From NCBI RefSeq assembly GCF_902459465.1, contig NC_047062.1, forward strand, positions 22,940,001 through 23,004,000: DNA of 64,000 bases, written 5' to 3'. The first letter of the stretch is position 1, and the number at the start of each line of letters is the position of its first letter. This DNA is from Asterias rubens. Lineage: Eukaryota. Positions 23,801-35,800 of the stretch are shown here, in pieces. A program made the translations under genes and the position numbers. The notes under the pieces are model-generated. The model saw only the letters and a list, made by a program, of their open reading frames with translations. It made no database searches and had not been told where the DNA came from.

Positions 23801-26800
23801 TACCTGCAAATTTATAATTATTTGGTGTTCCCTTTTCCTCCTTTAATAATAATAATAATAATAATAATATCGAAGTCTTATATAGCGCATGTATCTACCA
23901 AACAAGGTACTCAAGGTGCTGACTATATACAAACTTTCAGAAAGATAGGTTGTTGCAGTGATGAATGCTGAGACCCAATTATTTAGCACCTTATAAGGGA
24001 TTACAGGGTGCTACGGCCTATTAAGCAGCCACAACCAGGAACACTGGGGCGAACCCCTTCTCGATAAGTGCACTGGGTTCTTTTACATGCGTTACACAAC
24101 ACATGGGGCCAACGGCTTTACGTCCCATCCGAAGGACGAAGCAATGGTTAAGTGTCTTGCTTAAAGGACACAAGTGTCACGGCTGGGGATTCGAACTCAC
24201 ACTCTGCTGATCATAAACACCAGAGTTTGAATTCGGTGCTCTTAACCGCTCGGCCACGACACTTCATTTGTGAAGGTCTCAGTCATACTTGATGCTTTTT
24301 TTTTTAATTGTGTATAAAACCTTTGAAAAGGTTTTGTACAGGACTGTTACAGATCAAAGCCACCATTGTATAATTTTATTCCGAAAGCTGACTGACAATG
24401 AAGTTCATGCAATTTTTATTTGAAATATTTCTCTCTGAGAGGAGGTCATAGTCGAGAAAACTGTATGAAAATGAAAACCTATTACAAAACTTCACCAGCT
24501 GATTTCAGTTGTTACAACCAACATTAAGTGCAATGTGTTTGCTCCTGACCCACACAACTGATTAAAGGTAGTGGACACTATTGGTAATTACTCAAGATAA
24601 TTATTATCACAATGCCTTACTTGGTTACGAGTAATGGGGAGAGGTTGATGGTATAAAACATTGTGAGAAACGGCTCCCTCTGAAGTGACCTAGTTTTTGA
24701 GAAAGAAGTAATTTACCACGAATTTGATTTCGAGACTTCATATTTAGAATTTGAGGTCACGAAATCAAGCATCTGAAAGCACACAACTTCATGTGACAAG
24801 GATGTTTTTTTCTTTCGTTATTATCTCGCTAATTCGACGACCAACTGAGCTCAAATTTTCACAGGTTTATTATTTTATTCATATGTTGAGATACACCAAG
24901 TGAGAAGACTGTCTTTGACAATAATCAATAGTGTCCACTCTCTTTTAAAGTATAACTGAAAACTTCACAAAGGAGGAAAAGCGGGAAAAGCACACATCAA
25001 ATCATTATAAATTTGCAGGTACATGTACTTGTTTCATGTATTTGGTTGATCACACAAGACATAAACACTGTCGGCGACCATTTTGTCAGTTCCACCAATC
25101 GTTTACAAAGTTTATAATCTCCCTATTCCATTTTAGAGAAACAACACACCATTGGGCGAGTACACAACTTTCACTGGAGTGCAAAACAAGACAAGAGTCA
25201 ACGAAATCAACAAATTTAATGGGCAGTCAAAACTAAACTACTGGAAATCTGATTATGCTAATCAGATTGTTGGATCAGGTATTTATAATTTTTCTCTTTT
25301 AAAAACTTGACCTTTTTATGCTTAATAATAATATAGGTATTCCCGCTCAATTTAAACAAAAATCCATTCATTTTAACTCCTGGCTCATTAAATTTCGTTT
25401 TGAAAATGAATGCACTTTGAATCAGCATTTAAGAGTCAATTTCAACAGTTAAGCATTCACTGGTCAAATAAAATCATTCAGTTTCATCAGGCCGCAAGAC
25501 TCATTCAATTTCGTTAAAGCCAGTATCAAGAGCTGCTCAACCATTCAATTTCATTTGCATTCAAATTCAAATTCTATGTTATGTGCTTATACTCATTCAT
25601 TGCTGCCTATTATAAAGGCAGAAACTTTCAGTGGAAACTCTGAATTTCTACACTGGTTTGACGTTTAAGCCCAACGGTTTTGAATAAAAAATGGCTGCCC
25701 GTGGTCGGTACAGAGCAAGATAAAATTGAGATTAATATGTTTTCAAATTTTATAACAATCCCTTATAATTTTAAGCTTTTTGTTTCCCTAATTTATTTTG
25801 TTAACTTATCATTTAACATGTTGCGGACATTAGCAGAAACAAAGACAACAACATGAATACCAGTGCAACAAAATCTCAAAAGATTTGGTTTCCATTTTAA
25901 TGTTATCAGATACAGGCTTTAACTTTAAGGCTAACAAAGCAAAAGGAACAATTATTTCAATTTATAAGAAAAGAAAAATGATGTAAATATAATGTGAAGT
26001 ACATGGAAACACCTCTTATAAAGGACAACTTATGTGCCAGTAATGGAGCTGTAACTTCCAGTTTACTCACAAAGCCATAACTCATCTTTTAATTTAAATG
26101 CAAAGAAGTTGTAATTCGTTGCACATAAATGAAAAAGAAAACTCAGACTAGCAGCAAAATCATGTTCGCTTCGGTGAGTCTTAATTTGAATTCATCTATT
26201 GTAAATAGGTAGTAGAAATTAAACTTAAGAATGGTCAAAGTGTAGTCTTGAATAACTGTAAATGAAATAGAATGACTGAAGCGAATCTGAACGAGAAAAA
26301 TGCTCTGAACGAAGCTGAATGCATTAAGAGCTAAAAAGAAACCCTGGTTTGAGAGGATTAGGGGAAAATGCGTGAATTACAATGCATGCTAATGAAATTG
26401 AATAATTTTTTGCTGAAATTGGCCGGGAAAACCTATAATAACCAGTTTTTATATAGCGCATTTCACACCGAAGGGTGTCTCAAAGTCCTTCCAACATTAT
26501 TACCCCTGGTCACCGGGCCTTAATTCATTCCTTAAACCATCTCACCTCCCTGGGGAGTATACAGCCTGTCCAAAAAAAATGCGCTACTCGGCTAAATCAA
26601 TCACAAGAACCCATCTCTGTCCTCACACGTACCCATGTACCCCTGGGTGGAGAGAAGAAATCATAGTCAAGTGTCTTGCTCAGGGACACAAGTGTCACGA
26701 CCAGGATTTGAACCCACACTCTGCTGAACAGAAGCACCAGAGCTTGAGTTTGGCGCTCTTGTCCGCTCGGCCACGACACCCCACAAACCCAAGAATGGCC

Positions 26801-29800
26801 TTGCGGTTAAACTCATCTAATGACATGCATTTAAGACAAGACCCTTGCACAACTTACTTGTTTGCAGAAATATTTTTTTAATGATTTACTGTCAAGTTTG
26901 ATGCCTTTGAGAAAGACTCTGTAAGGGTCAAGTGTCTGGCCTTTAACTATTTTTTTAATTTACGATCAGAATACAGATTTAACAGAAACAAAGCATTCAT
27001 CAACAAATAGACAACAAATAGATCAAAGAGGGGCATCAATAAATAAAAACACACACAAATAAGTAAGAAAAAAAAGCTTGTTGCAAAAGATAGCACTGAT
27101 TTGACTCTGTAGACACCGTTCATTTTTTTGTAATCATCACCATACACCCAGACACTGTTAATCTCGATTTTTTTCCTTGTTTGTTTGTTATTTTGGCAAT
27201 TTGACAATAAATGACGCAGCAGTTTTGGTTAGCAGTGAGACAATCCGATAAGCAATGTTTATTCATCTCTTTAAACCATCCCATGTTAGCCAAATACACA
27301 GACATTTTCAAGGCTGAATGTCGCATGTGCATGATTGGACACTCTTTAATGATCTTTCAATACGAAACCGGGACAATGTTGCAACCTTCAATTTCCTTTA
27401 CACAACAGTCAAATTTAGGGATCATCAATTTTTTTTAATTCAATATCTTTGTAATTTTCATGAGCTTTTAACCAAAAACTTTCCTACAATAAACTAAATT
27501 GATTGAATTGAATTGAATTGTAATATTTAGGCATTCATCTAAATGTAATCCTAAAGAAAATCAGTTCCTGCTGCACAAGTTTTTTTAAACATTGCTTTAA
27601 ACAGTAGACTTCTTCCAGCGAATAACAATGCTTTTATCTATGTAGGACCACCCGGTTAAAGGTACTGGATACTATTGTTAATTAGTCAAAATAATGTTAG
27701 CATAAAAACTTACTTGGTAACAAGCAATGGAGAGCTGTTGATAGTGTAAAACATTCTGAGAAATGGCTCCCTCTGAGGTAACATAGTTTTAAGAAAGAGG
27801 TAATTTTTCACTCAAATTTTTTAAAGACTACCGGCCTGCAGCCGATTTCACGAAACTTTACGCAACTGCGTAAGTCCGTTTGCGCAACGTTTATGGCTCA
27901 ACTTACGCAATAAACGTGGCGCAAGTGGACTTACGCAGTTGCGTAAAGTTTCGTGAAATCGGCTGCTGAATCCTTTGACAATTACCCAAGGTGTCCAGGG
28001 GTCGATTTCACAAAGAGTTAGGACTAGTCCTAGGAGATATACAAATTGCATGGATAGTCCTAAGTTAGGACGAGTAACTGGTCCTAACTCGAGATAAGAC
28101 TAGTCTTAACTCTTTGTGAAATCCACCCCAGGGGAGTAGTCCTGACTTAGTAGATATTAAAAAAGTAAGACTAGTCTTAATTCTTTGTGAAATCCACTGG
28201 CTATAAGTGCATACCTGCAGTTGATAAGCACATTCTGTACTTACTTGTGGTTAATGGTAGGGTACAATAACTGTATAATTATTGTTTACAGATGGCATGA
28301 TGTATCATATGGGAATTAAGGAAGACGAGACGTTAAATTTGTTCCATCCTGATCTCTGTAGGTGAGTTTCTATTTTACTTTAGAACAAAGGACAGGAAAC
28401 AGGATTTACTTATGTACTTTCCTTTCTCTTTAATCGGACAAGAATGCAAAGTTTGAGTGGCGAATATACATGTAAGGCAAATCCCTGCGTGCTTCCTTTT
28501 AATAGGCGGCCTCCTTTTCTTTCTTTTCCTTTTTTTTCTTTTTTCTGTTCTGTTTTCATAAAAAAAGGATACATTTTAACAATCTCATACGAAAACAAAA
28601 TTTTGTTAAAAAAGAAGCCGAGCCGGCTGTATTTAAAAATGTGTTGGCGGCCATTTTGAAAAAGGGGAGAAAGAAGACATCCTTCCTTTTTTATTATGGC
28701 AGAAATCAAATCCTGTTCTATTCAATATTTTTTTCTATGTTCACTACAAAACTGGATTGAAATTTACCCAGTCAGTTTCCTTTGTGTAATGTACTTGCAT
28801 TCCAAAAACTTGAACTGTTTAAAGAAATAAAAACGGTTGCGAGCCAAAGCACATGACTATCGTTGTATAATGGATCCATTTTGAGCTTTTAGATGCATTT
28901 CTCAGATGAAATGTTCCCCCATCAGCTTAATGGATAGCTTTAGATTCTTATCAAAATTTAGGGTCACGCCATCATGTTCGATCATGACTAAGCATGTTTG
29001 TATAACGCATTTGTATCTTAAATGTTTAAACCCATTGATATGACAGTACCAGGTCAAATTCTTGAGGGGTTAGCTTAATTTCTGAAAATGGCTTAGCTAA
29101 TAAAATCAGTTTATTTTTGTTTGAGTGGCATTATTAATCCTTATTTTGATAAAGTTGTTAAAAATAATGTCTTTATCAGAAAAGCAAGCAGAGACAACAA
29201 TAAGGTTTTAAGGTTTTTTATCCGTCTTATCTGATCAAGGTTCTTTTACACAGGGATGTGATTTCTCCGTTTTTTTTATTTTAATTTGTACAATTTCATT
29301 ACAAAGATTAAAACAAAACCATATGCCCGTATTTGCAGGGTAGGGCTTTTAAAACCAAAGATAAACGTTAATATTGGGCATAATGCTCACAAAGTTTCGA
29401 ACTTGCTTGCTTTCGTGCTTTGTGCTCTGGTTTTTCCTCAACAGTCTGTCACATCCCTGTATACAAGTTTATTTTCCTCTGTGCCTTTGATCTACAGGTC
29501 CATGCCCTACACTTTTGTACAAGACGATTATCTGGAAGGTATTCCCTTGAAAATGTTTGGGGTACCTGCCTATGCCTATGAGAACAGCAGTACATACCCA
29601 GAGAATCAGGGTTTTCTGGTTAACGAGAAAGATACCGTACCTTCAGGACTCATGAGAATCGACCCCTGTAGATACGGTAACATTAATTTTTGTTTTTGTT
29701 CCAGTCATGATTAAATAAACCGCTGTTTGTTATTTATCATTATCGAACCATGCTGGAAGCATATTTGATCAAGTTATTGGTGCAATAAAGTTATTTGATT

Positions 29801-32800
29801 TTAAACCAAGACCGCTTTCCCACTGGATCCACCATTGCGAAATCAGGATCCTGCAACAAGATTAGTTGCAGGCGTGAAATCGCAGTCGCGTTCCCACTTG
29901 AGTATGATCGCGCATTGATCCCCCTTTTTGGGAACGGAAGTGGGTTCAAAAAAATATTGTTTTGCTAGCAAATTGCGGGGTCTGATCGCCCTTTGCGTTC
30001 CCACTAGACTTTTGATCGCCAATCCACAAGGGCGATCAGATCCGCTTTAATCCTACTCCCGAGGAGAATCAAAATTGCACGGTCAGATCATGATCGCCCT
30101 CGGATTCCCACTGGAGCTTATTTCTCTTTGATCGCCCTTTTGGGGTCTTGATCGCCCTTTTCTCGAATTGGGAGGTCAATGCAGGGTGCAGTGGGAACGG
30201 GGTGCTAGAGACAAATATAGCTACTGTTAATTTGACTAAAAAGATCTGTAGAAAAGCAAACAATCCTCCCTGGTACAACAGTAATGCCATGGTGAACAAA
30301 CAGTGGGTACTGATAATGTGGGAACACGGGGACATCGCTCCATGGTTAAACCAATGTTTGTATGAGAGAGATTGGCTGCTGCCAGCTTTGTTTTGTACAT
30401 CCCATTGCCCTTGTGGGAGTTTACCAAGTTCCCTTGATGGAAAGATCATCTAAACAAACAATCAATGAACAAACAAAAACAGTATGTATTTACAGTTTGT
30501 AATTCACAGACAGAAAATAAGAAAGCCTGCTCCCAATTTCCTAGAGCTTTCTGAAATGCCCGAAAAAAAAACCCAATTATGCAGGAAAAAGTGACCAACG
30601 AAAATGATGTGTCAGGTGGATGAAGACAGTGAGATTAAAACATTGCTTAGGCATAGAAAAAAGTTGCTTAGGCAAAACAGATTACCAGACAAAATGTCAT
30701 CAAGTATAAGTTGATGGGACTTGTATGCTGCCTTTTTATTGCTGAGCTCATTATTTATTTGGAGGATTATTTCCGCTTAACAGCTTTTAAAAAATTTTGT
30801 ATTCATATTTTTTCCCTTTCTTTTCAGGAACACCAATTGCCCTGTCGAATCCGCATTTCTTTAATGGGGATCCCTGTCTTCAGGTGGAGGGCCTGAAACC
30901 CAATGCTGACAAACACAGAAATTATTTCTCCATAGAACCTGTAAGTAGTAAACAAGATCTGCTAAGGTTGTCTGCCATTCAAAATGCTACATTTTGGTGC
31001 GGCACTTTGGTGTTTCTGATCAGCAGAGTGTCAGCTCAAGTTCTGGTCTTGGCACTCGCGTCCTTCAGCACTACGGGAATGCTCCATTTAATGAAAGAGT
31101 CTAAAAAGAAACAGTCTTTTCGTTTGGCAACTTACACCTGTTATCTCCATGTAATTGCTTTTCCGAAAAGTGGACTTTATTTGATCAGTCACAAACCAGT
31201 GTAAAGAAACTGGTCAACCACAATTCAATTGATGCAAATAATTCAAGACTCTCTCACTGAAAAGGATGTATACTTGCCGAGTTTCAGTGGCCAAACTGCG
31301 GAAATTCTGTAATTGATTTTTCCCTTAATGGTAAAACACTAAACTATTGTTGCCTTGTTCTTTGGTGGGGGGACATAAAAGCTGACCATAGTTCCGTCTT
31401 GCTTTGCTTGGGACAAAAAGTCATAGATACATGTAGGTCCCGTGTACTGGGATTGGTACTGCTTGTCAAAAAACCCTGAACATTGTCGTGTCTGGTTCTC
31501 AAAGTAAGGACCCTAGATTGCATGTTTCGTTGGGCTTGTGACTAGCTACGGTGAGGAAGTTCACTTATGAGACATCCTTTGTTTCAATATCAGAGTATAA
31601 TAATAATACTAATAGAAAAGGGGGCCAGACTGTTTGGTACCATTTCGGCCTAGGTTTGGAATAAATAATAATACTAATAGAAAATGGAGCCAGACTGTTT
31701 AGCACCATTTTGGCCTCGGTTTGGAATAAATAATAATACTAATAGAAAATGGAGCCAGACTGTTTAGTACCATTTCGGCCTCGGTTTGGAATAAATAATA
31801 ATACTAATAGAAAATGGAGCCAGACTGTTTAGTACCATTTCGGCCTCGGTTTGGAATAAATAATAATACTAATAGAAAATGGAGCCAGACTGTTTAGTAC
31901 CATTTCGGCCTCGGTTTGGAATAAATAATAATACTAATAGAAAATGGAGCCAGACTGTTTAGTACCATTCCGGCCTCGATTTGGAATAAATAATAATACT
32001 AATAGAAAATGGAGCCAGACTGTTTAGTACCATTTCGGCCTCGGTTTGGAATAAATAATAATACTAATAGAAAATGGAGCCAGACTGTTTAGTACCATTT
32101 CGGCCTCGGTTTGGAATAAATAATAATACTAATAGAAAATGGAGCCAGACTGTCTAGTACCATTTCGGCCTCGGTTTGGAATAAATAATGATACTAATAG
32201 AAAATGGAGCCAGACTGTTTAGTACCATTTCGGCCTCGGTTTGGAATAAATAATAATACTAATAGAAAATGGAGCCAGACTGTTTAGTACCATTCCGGCC
32301 TCGGTTTGGAATAAATAATAATACTAATAGAAAATGGAGCCAGACTGTTTAGTACCATTTCGGCCTCGGTTTGGAATAAATAATAATACTAATAGAAAAT
32401 GGAGCCAGACTGTTTAGTACCATTTCGGCCTCGGTTTGGAATAAATAATGATACTAATAGAAAATGGAGCCAGACTGTTTAGTACCGTTTCGGCCTCGGT
32501 TTGGAATAAATAATAATACTAATAGAAAATGGAGCCAGACTGTTTAGCACCATTTCGGCCTCGGTTTGGAATAAATAATAATACTAATAGAAAATGGAGC
32601 CAGACTGTTTAGTACCATTTCGGCCTCGGTTATGAATAAATAATAATACTAATAGAAAATGGAGCCAGACTGTTTAGCACCATTTCGGCCTCGGTTTGGA
32701 ATAAATAATAATACTAATAGAAAATGGAGCCAGACTGTTTAGTACCATTCCGGCCTCGGTTTGGAATAAATAATAATACTAATAGAAAATGGAGCCAGAC

Positions 32801-35800
32801 TGTTTAGTACCATTTCGGCCTTGGTTTGGAATAAAGGGTGAACAATATCAAATAAATGAATTGATTATTGATTTAGTAATTGAACTAAATCACAGAATTG
32901 AATCTTTAATCACAGATTCTAGGAATGCCTTTTAAGCTACGCATGAGATTACAGATTAACCAGTACATCCAGGCTGACAGTGATATACCGTAAGTAGTGG
33001 AACTTTATTCACACCTCTCGCTTTATTCGCATCTGGGTTTATCCAGCAGTTGGTATATTATGGGTTTTTAAATTTTTATATAAACCTTTATTGTCACTTT
33101 GATTTTAAAAATCAATATATAAAATTAATTGAGTTTTTTATCAATGATATCGCAGCTTGCAAGAGAAGGATGAAATTTTCCTTTTGTGCCAGTAAATCCT
33201 CGAGCTTGTCGATCGGGCTATATCCTGTGAGCCTTTAGATCTCGTATTGGGTCAAGTTGGGATAGTGGTAACCCTCCCGCCTTCTACCACTTGGGTCCCG
33301 GTTTGAAGCACATAGGGGGCACTATGTGGATTGGGTTTTCCTTAACTGTCTTCTCTTTATTGTGTTTTTGGCTAGTACAGTGATAAAGTTTGCTTTTCTG
33401 AGAGTCCTTGGCTACACAACCCGAATAAATGAAATAAAACTTTTGAGGTCCACACTTTACGTATCATATGATATGCTCACCCACATCCCTGCACCCCCCC
33501 TCCACACAAACAGTCGTGTTTGACCATTACGTTAGACGTCTATTTTACTTTCTGTTCCTATTTTGGACACAAATAACTAATGAGGACCCATGAAAACAAA
33601 GAACCGACTAGTGAGGAACTATTGTCCCTATTGGAAAAATTGTTCTCGGGGAGTGGGGGGGGGGAGGGGGTGTAGGCCATACAAACCCACACACACACAC
33701 ACCCAGGATCAGCCAGGAAAGCTGTAGCAACAATTCATCTGACATTTGTCCATCTGGTTATGTTTTTTCTTCTGCAGGCAAACAGGGAGTGTAAACACAA
33801 GGTTCATGCCAGGATTTTGGTTTGAGGAGGTGGGTTATTTGGCTCTTCTGTATTTATATAGTAACTTTTATTGATTGCTACCTCCTTGGAACTACATGTT
33901 CCCTATATCGTCTTCTCCTGAAGATGATCACTCGGGGCATACTGATCAAAATGTTGAGTCGTTAACCACTGGTTCTTTCAGAACCAACACTACTCAAAAG
34001 AGATATTTACATGGTGTTGCCACAAACCTCTCTTAGTTAGATGTACCCTGTATATGTATTGGCCTTTCTATTGCAAATATTATTAAGAGGCTTCAGGCCT
34101 AAAGCCTTTTTCAAGGCATCTGAAAGCACACACATTTATGCAACAAGGGTGTTACTCTTCATTATCCTCTTGCAACTTGGGTGAACAACTGAGCCCAAAT
34201 GTTCATAGATTTGTTATTTTATGCATATGTTGAGACACACCAAGTGGGAATACTGGTCTTTGTCAATTACCAAAGGTGTCCAGTGCCTTTAATGACTGTG
34301 TTTGTAACTCTGGTCTCTACAGGATGTGACTGCCAATGAAGAGGTGATCGGTTACTACAACAACGGAATCAAATTGACTGGAATCATATCAAGTCTACTA
34401 CAGTATTTGTCTATATGTATAGGTGCATCGATCATCGTAGCATTTATTACTGTCGGGCTCTGCAAGTTATCAAGAAAAAGCAACAAAAGTATTGTAAGTA
34501 TCTTCAAGTTCAACCCCTACCCCCCAAACAACATAAAACAAATAGATACAAAAGGAGATGGAGTTTGTTTGTGGGGGACCACTTATCTAATGGCAGTGTC
34601 ATTGTGCAATTCTTCCACTTTATCTAAACCTTTGTATGGTTCTAAGGTTTGCGTTGATTGCGTGTTGTGGCCGAGCGGATTAGAACGCTGGGCTCATGCT
34701 CTGGTATTTCTGATCAGCAGAGTGTGGGTTTGGAGTCCTTGTTGTGACACTAGTNNNNNNNNNNNNNNNNNNNNNNNNNNNNNNNNNNNNNNNNNNNNNN
34801 NNNNNNNNNNNNNNNNNNNNNNNNNNNNNNNNNNNNNNNNNNNNNNNNNNNNNNNNNNNNNNNNNNNNNNNNNNNNNNNNNNNNNNNNNNNNNNNNNNNN
34901 NNNATCCACCCTTCTGGGTGTTCAAGGCGCAGTAAAACCAAAAAACAAAACAAAAACAAAACACAACACAAAGAAAAACAGACACAACAAAATTAGTCAT
35001 TGAAAACCTGTGACATAAGATAAGTTTTGAGAAGAGACTTGAATTTTGCAGTACAAAGACAAGATCGAAGATTAAGTGGTAGAGAGTTCCAGATGCGTGG
35101 CACGGCTGAAGAAAAAGACCTGTCACCCCATGAGTGTCGAGACGTGGGTTCAATGAGGAGAAGCATAGAACTTGATCGAAGATTCCTTGATGGAGTGTAA
35201 ACTTGAAGCAGTTCAGAAATATAGTGGGGAGCCTTGCCATTAAGAGCTTTGTGGACAATGAGCATCAGCTTGAAGATGATTCGTTGAGAGATAGGGAGCC
35301 AGTGTAGTTGTTTCAGAATGGGGGTGATAGAACAGGATTTTCTAGACAGTGTCACAATGCGGGCAGCAGTATTTTGGAGCCGTTGAAGTCGGGAAATCTG
35401 GTTGTTAGGAAGACTGTAGAGAAGAGCATTGCCGTTGTCAAGACGAGAAGTAACAAATGCGTGAATGACCTTTTCAGTGGCACTTTTGTCCAAGAACTTG
35501 CGAATCTTACCTATATTCCTGATGTTGTTGATGTGTGGCTGAAGTGTCATTGATGAATAAAAAATAACCCCTAAGTTCCGAGTTTTCAGCGAGGGAGCTA
35601 TCCGAGCATCACCGATGGAGATGTATGGCACTGAAACCTTAGTTAACTGTTGACGTGACCCAAATAGAAGGAACTCTGTCTTAACTAGACCATTATTGTT
35701 TCGTCCATAAGATGGGACGTACAGCCATAGGTCCTGTTTGTTGTGTAGTACACATAAAAGAACCCAGTGTACTAGGGATTTGCCCTGGTGTTCCTGTTTT

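Noticed and set aside
22683-28291. Apparent missing exon 5, i.e. paralogue A as a pseudogene
   Set aside because: The exon is present at 25137-25278 with correct size and phase; it is just absent from the ORF track.
31598-32835. CRISPR-like array
   Set aside because: Units are identical along the full 65 bp with no unique spacers, it lies in a eukaryotic intron, and there are no cas genes.
34326-35258. Track ORFs of 225 aa and 192 aa spanning the N run
   Set aside because: Artefacts of reading through an intron, a SINE head, the gap and the LINE 3' UTR.
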